This document shows positions 30,801-37,554 of a stretch of DNA of 64,000 bases, piece after piece. A program made the translations under genes and the position numbers. The stretch lies in the IMG/VR virus record IMGVR_UViG_3300020190_000004; one strand, 5' to 3'. Numbering within the stretch: position 1 is the first letter of the stretch; each line of letters begins with the position of its first letter. Below the pieces are notes generated by a model that was not told the origin of the DNA, ran no database searches, and saw only the letters and a program-made list of their open reading frames with translations. This DNA is from a virus (taxonomy: Duplodnaviria; Caudoviricetes).

Positions 30801-31357
30801 TTGCCCGTCACAGTAATAGTAGCAATCTTTATAGAAGCACTTGTACCATTGGCTGAATAACTCACAACATCAATAGGGCTGTATTCATCTGATCTTGGAT
30901 ATGTATATGAATCGTTTCCATTGGAGTCATATACATTTTCAACAATGAATAATTGATCGGTTGATACTAAACCCGTTGAAATCGGCTCAAGAAAATGGTT
31001 GGTAAATAAGAAAGATGAAATGTATGAAAACCCTTTGTTTTCTAATGGATAAGTTACATTAAAACTTGTAATTTCTCCACTAACTGAAAGAGTTAGATCA
31101 ATAGGATCAGTATTCCATATCGCTTCAGTTTGTGCATCTTCAAATCTTAAGTAACTTCCGGGATTGTATCCTTGCCCACCGGCCAAAATCTCTACATAAA
31201 TAATTCTGCCTTCAAAATCGGTATACGCATTAATAAGTGCGCCGTTTCCCTTTATGTCTCCGGGATCGACAACCGTAACAACAATCGACTTTGACTCTGT
31301 TGGAGATAAGCTGTTACCCTTCTTATCAAATAGTCTTAATTTGTTTACTAACAGCAT
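24818..31357 (-). CDS. Large baseplate wedge protein (gp7 / P2 tail I-like domain, C-terminal PKD-like), 2179 aa
   Basis: YVGSYKGLVNILNWFGY wedge-type motif, repeated G.GY..P modules, and C-terminal FTFDRPGKFTLELEITDTNG. Lies downstream of gp25 and gp6. Confidence 0.65.
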   Translation of the reverse strand: MLLVNKLRLFDKKGNSLSPTESKSIVVTVVDPGDIKGNGALINAYTDFEGRIIYVEILAGGQGYNPGSYLRFEDAQTEAIWNTDPIDLTLSVSGEITSFNVTYPLENKGFSYISSFLFTNHFLEPISTGLVSTDQLFIVENVYDSNGNDSYTYPRSDEYSPIDVVSYSANGTSASIKIATITVTGNVLASKLSKIWGIPPGIISTLEIGMFVTGGVLTQPSFITEIDTTYNTVTISTDLSAGNVTLEFFKPHNLRVGNTIRIFDTFGSTSLDGRHDLVKVSPTELTFESAQIIPTTSTGTMKFGVIPIYRAYIEENSDKEFFLFDVVYNEDYPTVEKINDFFFEFNDPQESAAPDTFPIGNSTYQRTVHQRIPQEAFALNIGLRSDIEGVYAAQINIDDVTYETPIRIFLGLYEGETVAEDERLGLLLQNFGRDVDYEQELILRKSDINEDLTDNLLLNAKRKEMLLEGNNIWPYVGSYKGLVNILNWFGYYDIRVKEYFLNVNQDDEYFGKYRQVQIPFQLDTKGDTKKEISLVPSKHYKKTSRFGLFYDIIKDKGVFDTFGVPLTQDAFDYTNEEVLVKLFALKRYLKEKFLPLNSKIVDITGEGVYYDRYSINSWNDPSNYFNVDLTRQIDFDAEKKSIEIESTISFDSDETLPSPPYFDLLEEYTNKYNINGALIATSGGPYWGEIPQVSFPGQAYQQATGYAKMRAYSLGIIAPLTPSGTGYQPGDVITLSGGVYEVPIRITVNVVGPNGEVTNFAIQAGLHQGSNYSALPTAGFFQASVFRISGTQYVTASAQGFNCLSTDIPFEIESIGFTTKGLKYSNIPTVDILPNIGSSINLDLVTVNNSPIGYLNDNAPIFGFINVAGSPVGAPLDLKTQFDITWNEVPYTWNSLGGGSDAVLKGYVSELPLGSGQLLAVEIVSPGNVYRYAPTFVVGGGDGTGGEVCGLSAPAELRNGQLKILNFTVTAVAGNVLDLTPLLPVVGSNAVSPNRIIKGPGIPEGTIVSGVIQPFSQVVLSKFDGSPVVITTVAGDEIEIHEGVSVTNPGIGYTSVPTISPKGGHVGNLYTWDELGRGDFYQMEWKVTLTAPENPIHQFNYVSGIKPIDDLINHQLILPYVGKYTVEMIAYDTDNNFINEIKNNFIDVILPEATYAYVAKYANGYEDSWEGYYQAPIPEFEPNPVDLQPVIPDDIRYTWENAFGRWVNPIFTMTTWDSSQVRWDSLETGNLDGVNKYNYPIKLPIEVIQVSPEDNVEGAVISYTDSTTTPSTLNPTIIVSGQRPYPEIEPAINPNDWVFIRRDDVTYQLEVLNANYATPGQTEIELTSTPPSAFTNSPTTWQVLREIGGTIVLDGNQIYNAVTNPTGIVIGDYIRLFGHDEIPVRFRKQIINKDTLPLPGQPNSITIDGGASDPVYSKGGELGMIYQYRGTDVANGNLNWDTNPVNSTWVIEPSVSNDPLVNDHIGKLYILSATAGPGVPGCLPANPTGELTPGFSVISIYLIDPVSGNSYEQRLRTTHVFFDTSNTGHPFDIWGGLPPGYDGVHVIDFVALDGGSINGLTAHLAATQAAGSSIWLEYEYNEFPTRSYLFQNSGPNAEIFMDFNMYPSSGDFNSALAAEFAVTTTGEGWYYDHGIVSGDYSLLVTNTGYWRNGLGTILTLDDEESELLRSSSSFYVMQRKFDEDFAERRIGTLVQQWQNYRSVTWKESYYHTWDTLDFQERIACDFTITGVDQNGNIQFNNDPTFYFQGIVGGMSNGEKFSQALYELRATDNPGLSRFEYELLGEENVDKEKITGTLNTYDHPDLIIQPTVVTSPSAGDVIISEFTGPAAEIQTYPFIGVTPNDIKMVNPLPKKLSFVGNLKNGSAIISKITGLNENEIYVGEIISGPGLPTSPAFPARIVEINSYQGSVNTLKLDIASTVTQVNCSFDVEWFSNEQVDFTLVFQNATNLKIHAVAATPSTDHLGWLIGQNGISFEDPLNLVNTPICHTYPLKNVAKHFGYGPGLVGAFEGGLKEFLMTSRYYQIYQHEGLNPLSLPGGWYPAADLPLQYSFTMNPPPPALPVWDNDLVAEAQSNRLPYESAIGGAWRWEDTYIGIEPVKLPSGTTVYFSSDASRIAGKTSFYWKLSNENSTLVELTDSEMMFTFDRPGKFTLELEITDTNGNKKNYTRNDFLTIYENS

Positions 31358-31629
31358 TAATTTAAGTACTTATAGTTCTTATCTACGGTGTAATTAAAGG
31401 ATTTCTTTATGTTACTTGCGTAGTCCATAATATACGCAATGAATTTTTGTAATTCAACGATGATTGCCTCTCTCTTGGGATCACTAAGAAGGTAGAATGA
31501 AACAGATCTTTTGATAGAATTATTTCTCCAATCATAGCCAGTGTGCTTAAGATCATCATACTGATGATAAGTGTATTGATAGTAGCTCTGTCTTGTTAAG
31601 TATGCACCCCTTCGCGGTTTATTTTCCAT
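31357..31629 (-). CDS. Hypothetical baseplate-associated protein, 90 aa
   Basis: Tightly packed between the gp6-like and gp7-like genes, with a TAATG overlap. Confidence 0.55.
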   Translation of the reverse strand: MENKPRRGAYLTRQSYYQYTYHQYDDLKHTGYDWRNNSIKRSVSFYLLSDPKREAIIVELQKFIAYIMDYASNIKKSFNYTVDKNYKYLN

Positions 31630-31630
31630 C

Positions 31631-33325
31631 TTACGTATACTTTATATTTTCAATGTTAATTCTGTGAATGTCCATGTTAAGAGATTTAGAAGTACTTTTT
31701 CCGTAAGCAATGTTGATACTACCAGGTTTAGATTGATCAGATGTGTCATGATAGAAATATCCATTCCTTGCCTCCCAACCACCGCGAATAAGAGCGTATT
31801 CTCCTCTGCCTATCACCACATCCCCAAAAGAATCTATACCGATGTCCGGTTTATTTATGTTAGCAGGATCGCTCTTATAAACTTCATTTTCTTCAGAAAC
31901 AAACCAAAGATTAACTGAATCTACTCCTGGGACATTTTCAATAATTGAAATTAAGTCAGACTTAGGTATCTTATCGCGCCTGCGATTATTTAAGAAGTAC
32001 TCGCTACATTTAGAAATTACTTGCTGGGATATAGTTTCTTTGCTATACCCTTCAAACGCAGATATATTTATATTGATCACGTATCTTTTAACAACGGGAT
32101 CAATGATCTTAACAACCGTAGTTAGAATCTTTTGTCCGCTTTGTTCAACGTAATCATAAATTTTTTGCTTTTCTTCATCTGATAGCAAAAAAAGAGAATA
32201 AGGCACGGTGAAATAATCGCCATTCGTGGGCTTTCTCTTATTAACATCTGGTATCAAGAAAAGATAAACTACATTGTCATCTGTAATGTCATCGTCATCA
32301 AGTGAGCTAAATGCATCTATAACACTAAAGATGTTAAACTTTTGTAAGAAATACACGTAAGAATCAGCGTTGGCTAACACATAAGAACGGCTAGTTTTTG
32401 GAGCAAGAACTCGCGTTAAATAGATAGGTTCTGCGTCAGACCCAAACATTATAGATTTGTTAATCGAAATGTCAATCACTTCATCAATTTTTAGCGAGTT
32501 ACCTAGCAAATCATAAACCGCTTCATCAAAAGCAAATTGCGCATCATCTTCTACTATATTCCCAGCGTTTCCAGCTGTAGTCAGATACTCAACCCTGATT
32601 GATGAACCTATAGGCGGTGGAGCGCCAAAGAACCCGTTTCCAAAGTATAGGTCTAATCCTCCACTTATTCCGGTTTTTATTACTACGCCTTTAGCTTCGT
32701 ACGGCATATCATAAACAGAATCATATTGTTTCCACTCTTCAGAATTTACATATACCTTAACAAAGAAGTTGTCGATTTGCGCATTCTTCTTAGGATTGAT
32801 TGCGTATGATTGTAAAGGCAATCCAGTACCGGTTACAGTTTGAGCCTCAACAGAGCCTTGTGTAACCTTTACCTCTATAGTATTTTTACCAGTAAGATTC
32901 ATTCTTATTTCTTCTACATCAGTAGTAATAGTATAAGAAAGACCCGTCGAATTATCTAACAATCGTGTGTAATTTGGTATGATAACCGTGTTGCCATAAA
33001 TATCAATAGGATTGCCGTTGTATGTAAGATTAATCGTACCTGTCGCAGCGACCGCCCTAGAAGGGTTATGTCCAGAAATACGCGCAAGACTGCGAATAGA
33101 TACATCGCGAGTAGCAGTAAATATGTTCATCTCAGTAATTCCATCTTCTACGTAATAAAAGATAAGTTTACCTAGATCTATCATTACACCTAAAAGTTGA
33201 CCATACGCACTTGCTGGGCTAAATACATCTCCTACTTGCGCAAAAGTTCTTACGAGATAATTTTGTGCATCAGCGGCTAATTCATCGTATCGTATTCTGT
33301 TGTACTTAAAGATTTCTAATGCCAT
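31631..33325 (-). CDS. Baseplate wedge subunit, T4 gp6 / baseplate J-like
   Basis: TATRDVSIRSLARISGHNPSRAVAA, GTGLPLQSY, LYFGNGFFG and DKIPKSDLI. Adjacent to gp25. Confidence 0.85.
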   Translation of the reverse strand: MALEIFKYNRIRYDELAADAQNYLVRTFAQVGDVFSPASAYGQLLGVMIDLGKLIFYYVEDGITEMNIFTATRDVSIRSLARISGHNPSRAVAATGTINLTYNGNPIDIYGNTVIIPNYTRLLDNSTGLSYTITTDVEEIRMNLTGKNTIEVKVTQGSVEAQTVTGTGLPLQSYAINPKKNAQIDNFFVKVYVNSEEWKQYDSVYDMPYEAKGVVIKTGISGGLDLYFGNGFFGAPPPIGSSIRVEYLTTAGNAGNIVEDDAQFAFDEAVYDLLGNSLKIDEVIDISINKSIMFGSDAEPIYLTRVLAPKTSRSYVLANADSYVYFLQKFNIFSVIDAFSSLDDDDITDDNVVYLFLIPDVNKRKPTNGDYFTVPYSLFLLSDEEKQKIYDYVEQSGQKILTTVVKIIDPVVKRYVININISAFEGYSKETISQQVISKCSEYFLNNRRRDKIPKSDLISIIENVPGVDSVNLWFVSEENEVYKSDPANINKPDIGIDSFGDVVIGRGEYALIRGGWEARNGYFYHDTSDQSKPGSINIAYGKSTSKSLNMDIHRINIENIKYT

Positions 33326-33334
33326 TCCAATTCT

Positions 33335-33697
33335 TTATTTAGCTAGTACGCCAAGGTATTTCCTGCCGTCTATGTATATATCTATGTAAGCAATGTCTCT
33401 TACTGTCCCGGGCACAAAATTAACCTGCAGGTCTAAGTTATAGTACTGAGATTCGGGTACATACTTTGATACTTGGCCAAAAAAGTTTTGTTGTAGCTGA
33501 AATGCATTAAAGTTTAATTCGAATAGATGATATTCAAGATCTAACCCGATGTCAGGCATACCAAGTACTTCACCGCGATTAGTAAAAAGAATCATACGAA
33601 GTTTGGTTAAGAGAGCTTCTATAGGATTGTGCGTCTCTAGTTGCTTGTAATTGTACTGCGGGTCGTTTATATTTCGACAGTATATTTCCTTTAACAT
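33335..33697 (-). CDS. Baseplate wedge subunit gp25-like (GPW/gp25)
   Basis: LRMILFTNRGEVLGMPDIGLDLEYHLFE motif, with typical size. Confidence 0.85.
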   Translation of the reverse strand: MLKEIYCRNINDPQYNYKQLETHNPIEALLTKLRMILFTNRGEVLGMPDIGLDLEYHLFELNFNAFQLQQNFFGQVSKYVPESQYYNLDLQVNFVPGTVRDIAYIDIYIDGRKYLGVLAK

Positions 33698-33698
33698 A

Positions 33699-34430
33699 TC
33701 AATGAAATATGTAGAACCAGTCTGGGCTGTTCTCTTCGTCTATTTTTGTTTTGAGCTGTTCAATTTCTTCTTTCCCTTCATCGGTCATTTTACTACCGTC
33801 TATAGTAATTCCACCGGGAAGATTAAATTGAAACATTCCAAGTATTCTTCCGAGCGATATTTTACCTTGCGCAGTTACATATCTTTGGAAAAACCAGTCA
33901 TCGTAAAGTTTGTTTTCTTGTATCTTAACGTAAGTATTTATGAAAAGATTCTTCCTTGGATCTCGACCTAAAATCTTTAAGCGATGTGTATTCAAGTTAA
34001 AGTCGTACCTTACTCTCTCAAGTATAAACGCTTTAGTAAGATCCCAATAAGAATACTGTGCAGTACGTAATACCAAATCATCAGAAGCAAATGGTGCAAG
34101 GTAAATTTCAGCAGCAAGAAGTCGGTTATCACTAAAGTCTCTATCAATCGTTCCTAATCTTCCACCGCCTGAGATTTCTCGGCACTCAAACACGCTGACT
34201 ACACAATCAGGGAGTAATATGCTACGAGTCTTTTTAAACTCAGGATCGCTAAACCATTGACGCTGTATTACATAATACTGTGTTTCTACAGCTGGCCCGT
34301 AATTAATATAGAACCAATTTAGAGCTTGGTCAACTATGCGTTCAGCTTCCCTTGCAGGAATGGAATAAGGAAGAGCACCACTTGCGGTGATTTCATTATT
34401 TATCAGTTCTATTAATTCTTCTCTAGTCAT
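33699..34430 (-). CDS. Neck protein, T4 gp13-like
   Basis: RYVTAQGKISLGRILGMFQFNLPGGITIDG..EGKEEIE. Confidence 0.85.
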   Translation of the reverse strand: MTREELIELINNEITASGALPYSIPAREAERIVDQALNWFYINYGPAVETQYYVIQRQWFSDPEFKKTRSILLPDCVVSVFECREISGGGRLGTIDRDFSDNRLLAAEIYLAPFASDDLVLRTAQYSYWDLTKAFILERVRYDFNLNTHRLKILGRDPRKNLFINTYVKIQENKLYDDWFFQRYVTAQGKISLGRILGMFQFNLPGGITIDGSKMTDEGKEEIEQLKTKIDEENSPDWFYIFH

Positions 34431-34437
34431 ATAAAGA

Positions 34438-34782
34438 TTAATCTAATTCAGGTAAAAAACCAAGGCTATTCATGCAATCTTGATCAAAGTATGCGCGTTG
34501 ATTTTTGGGATATTCATGAGTAAAAACTACTTTCTCGTCTTCAATAATTTCCAAGATGTAATTACCTTCACCAGTAGTTCCTACTTTAATCACCCACTCA
34601 TTCCCGTTTCTTCTTTCGTCTGCATAGTAAACTTGAACAAAATCAAAACGATTATCATCGTCTTCATCGGTAAGCTCTTCATTAAACTCGAAAGTTACAC
34701 CACCTAATTGTAGTGATTTTTGAATCTTAAAGTCCAAGTGCCCTTCATTCAAAAAGTTCTCAAATGTTTTAATGTGTTTCAT
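34438..34782 (-). CDS. Hypothetical protein with CTS-like leader (MKHIKTFENFLNE)
   Basis: Leader shared with about 11 other ORFs, followed by an acidic body. Confidence 0.7.
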   Translation of the reverse strand: MKHIKTFENFLNEGHLDFKIQKSLQLGGVTFEFNEELTDEDDDNRFDFVQVYYADERRNGNEWVIKVGTTGEGNYILEIIEDEKVVFTHEYPKNQRAYFDQDCMNSLGFLPELD

Positions 34783-34867
34783 ATTCAGCTTTCAGTTTTT
34801 TGAGAATAGCTTCATTTTTAAGAATTCTTTTTAAGTTCTTTGCCATAGTGCGCCGGTTGCGAGGCAT
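34769..34867 (-). CDS. Possible small basic protein (32 aa; may extend to ATG 34904 via a frameshift in an A-run)
   Basis: MPRNRRTMAKNLKRILKNEAILKKLKAEYETH fills an otherwise empty 127-nt gap and overlaps the next start codon. Confidence 0.3.
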   Translation of the reverse strand: MPRNRRTMAKNLKRILKNEAILKKLKAEYETH

Positions 34868-34909
34868 TCCCTGTTTTTCTTTTTTTGCTCTTGCCACTAC
34901 TCATAAGGG

Positions 34910-36334
34910 TTATTTTTTCTTGGATTCTTTATTCTTTTCTCTATTCTTTTCGTCTTGTGCAGCATCTTGAAATGTATTACCACCCGAATTCCCTGTTTCG
35001 ATTGGTTGACCTTCAACAATCATAGTTTCTTTGGAAATTTTTGCAAGTTTTCCAATTTCGCCGTTTCGAATAACACCGCGGTTAACTTGACAGTTAATGA
35101 TGTTTTTCTTGTTTTCTATAAAACAGTCATTAAGCTTATTATCAATATGAAGCTCGCATTCAGAAATTTTACTAAAATCAACGGTATTTCCTTTTACAAA
35201 ATTACCGTCTTGTATCCTTGAGTTCTTAATTTTACAATCATAAAACCATGCTCTATGAATAACACCTTCAAGTTCGCAGTTAATAAATTCCATGTCAGTT
35301 AACTTGCAGTTACGCAACTTGGTGTCCTTTAATTGAAAACGTCCAATTTCTTTGTCATAATTAAAGGCGCCTTTCTTCATCTTTCCTGTAATTATAAGAT
35401 CAAATAGTTTTTCTCGAATGTTAACCCACATAGATTCCAGTACTTGTGGGTCTGCGTTCATATCAACCCCAACTTCTATTCCAGGAAACGCTTTTTGGAA
35501 AACTTCGTATTTAACAAAAGATTTATACACCTTTTCGTCAATGGCCGTCATTTTTTTAAAGTCCGCCTTTTCTTTGTCAGTAAATCCTTCAAAGTTTAAC
35601 GTATCATATAAATGAAGAATAAAGTAATCGACCAAGTCAAGAATTTTCTTTGTCGTCTTTTCATAATCTTTACCACCAAGGTAACGATATTCCAGATAAC
35701 CCTTTTCCGCCTTCAAGAAGTTAACTCCATAGTACTTTTCGTCAGCTGGAAGAGTTAGGGTGGCGCGACTAAATTCTTCTAATGTAGGAGAATAAAAAAG
35801 TACTCTGTTAGGTCTTAGAGACTTAATACTTCTAGCATAAACACTCCCTTCTCTTTTAGGAAAGATGTCATATATCTTTTTCTCATCAAAAGATAAGATA
35901 AACTTAGGTATGTTGATGTTAGGAATAGTAAAACGGGTAGGGACCGCATTTTCATCAATACTAATGTTTACGTGTATAGAACACCTTTCGTTAGTATAGC
36001 CATTACTGCTGATCCATTCAAAGACTTTAATTAAGACGTTGCGAGCATCTTTGTATTTCATCGGTCCAGTGACTAACTCACACATACTCTTACCACCTGA
36101 ATAATCAGGTTCTAGTTTAAATATGTCAGCAGTAGGAGCTACTGGAGAGTGATAAAGAGGCTTAGGTTCTGTTATAGAACTTAATGCAAGAGGCACTACT
36201 ACCCTTCTTTTTACAAATTTTGCGATGTCTTTAGCGGTTTCAAACACATCCATCGAGCTGTAAAACTCAAACTCGAATCCGCAACGGGCGCTGTCAAGAA
36301 CCTCAGTCTTAGTGTAATTCTTTTTAACCTTCAT
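34910..36334 (-). CDS. Putative amidoligase (COOH-NH2 ligase type 2) with C-terminal beta-helix-like repeats
   Basis: GFEFEF, LEPDYS, ELVTGP, CSIHVN, KYYGVN and YLEYRYLGG motifs. C-terminal 5-residue repeats (LRNCKLTDMEFINCEL, FYDCKIKNSRI). Start moved to MKVKK. Confidence 0.75.
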   Translation of the reverse strand: MKVKKNYTKTEVLDSARCGFEFEFYSSMDVFETAKDIAKFVKRRVVVPLALSSITEPKPLYHSPVAPTADIFKLEPDYSGGKSMCELVTGPMKYKDARNVLIKVFEWISSNGYTNERCSIHVNISIDENAVPTRFTIPNINIPKFILSFDEKKIYDIFPKREGSVYARSIKSLRPNRVLFYSPTLEEFSRATLTLPADEKYYGVNFLKAEKGYLEYRYLGGKDYEKTTKKILDLVDYFILHLYDTLNFEGFTDKEKADFKKMTAIDEKVYKSFVKYEVFQKAFPGIEVGVDMNADPQVLESMWVNIREKLFDLIITGKMKKGAFNYDKEIGRFQLKDTKLRNCKLTDMEFINCELEGVIHRAWFYDCKIKNSRIQDGNFVKGNTVDFSKISECELHIDNKLNDCFIENKKNIINCQVNRGVIRNGEIGKLAKISKETMIVEGQPIETGNSGGNTFQDAAQDEKNREKNKESKKK

Positions 36335-37520
36335 TTGGCAATGATAAGAAAATTTTGTCGTTGTGAACTCTATCAATCGAGACCATTACTGTGTCTCCAA
36401 CCGTAAAGTTCTTTTTCTTTGTTTTGATTTCTTTTTGAGAAATCATTCCGCAGATATCTTTTTGTAACTTAACCAATGTACCAAACGGCTGAATTGAAAT
36501 AACTTCACCACCCCGAATAGTTCCAAGATTTTTTTCTTTAAACTCTTCAAGTTCTAATCTTTTAGCCGTGGGATCTTCATCTGTAAGAATAATTTTCTTG
36601 TCAGGTGTGATCTCTTTGATCCAAAAAGTTAATTCATTTCCAGCCGTGATCTCACGGTCAGTAAACTTCTTCTTCATCTCTGGAGTCATTTTGCTTGTGT
36701 GCAATAGACCCGTGAATATCTCATCAAACTCAACGAATACACCGTACTTTGCAACTCCAGTAACGCTTCCGGTATACATTTTGTCGGTCTCTAACTCACT
36801 AATTTTGCTAGGCAATATCATACTCACATATTTCTTATACGAGAATACAAATGTATTACTTTCGCGTAAATAATCTTCTACAACGACAGGAATCTCTCTT
36901 CCTATCATACTGTCAAAATCTCTTACGATATTTGTAGCAGCGAGTGACCCTGGCAAAAATCCTTTGATACCCGCAACAAATATGATAAAACCGCCTCCAT
37001 TCTTTTCAAGAATCTTACCAATGTAAGCCGATGTTGGTTTAGCAATTTGCTTGACAAATTCACTTTTAATCTTTTCTTCCATCCCTCTTGAAATTGAAAC
37101 TTTAACGTAAGGTTCAACTTGCTCAACGGTGGCTTGTATTTCCTGGTTTAAGAAGTAGTTTTGCCCTTCTTCGGTACTCAAATACTCTGAAAAACCTTCA
37201 GAATCCATGTTAATTGTGTTTAAGTAGCCTTTTTCTCTTTTAAGATCTACTATCCCATCAATCAGCCCGCCTAGTATTACATGCACCTCATTCTTATTAG
37301 CTGCTCTAACAGCAATGATTCTCCTTGTCTCACCTTCTCTAAGTTCTTTACTTAAGATTTCTTGTCCAAGAATCATTTTCTCATAAAGATCTAGTGCGTA
37401 TGGTTCTAAGCAGTAATTCTTAGCACCATACTTTGCTAAGATTTCAGGATTAGGTTTTCTGCGTTTACCAGATTCGAGTCTGTCCCAATCAATTTCTTGT
37501 TTGTTTTTTTGTGTATTCAT
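36324..37520 (-). CDS. rpsA: Ribosomal protein S1-like, four S1 domains
   Basis: D2-like GGGFIIFVAGIKGFLPGSLA..VRD, D3-like YTGSVTGVAKYGVFVEF..GLLHTSKM, D4-like GEVISIQPFGTLVKL..GDTVMV, and a degenerate D1. Confidence 0.85.
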   Translation of the reverse strand: MNTQKNKQEIDWDRLESGKRRKPNPEILAKYGAKNYCLEPYALDLYEKMILGQEILSKELREGETRRIIAVRAANKNEVHVILGGLIDGIVDLKREKGYLNTINMDSEGFSEYLSTEEGQNYFLNQEIQATVEQVEPYVKVSISRGMEEKIKSEFVKQIAKPTSAYIGKILEKNGGGFIIFVAGIKGFLPGSLAATNIVRDFDSMIGREIPVVVEDYLRESNTFVFSYKKYVSMILPSKISELETDKMYTGSVTGVAKYGVFVEFDEIFTGLLHTSKMTPEMKKKFTDREITAGNELTFWIKEITPDKKIILTDEDPTAKRLELEEFKEKNLGTIRGGEVISIQPFGTLVKLQKDICGMISQKEIKTKKKNFTVGDTVMVSIDRVHNDKIFLSLPNEG

Positions 37521-37534
37521 TATTTTAGATTTTT

Positions 37535-37543
37535 GTATATATC
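37535..37543 (-). promoter_or_regulatory. Putative late promoter GATATATAC upstream of the S1 gene
   Basis: Exact motif copy in a 34-nt intergenic gap. Confidence 0.6.
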
Positions 37544-37554
37544 ATACAAGTTCT

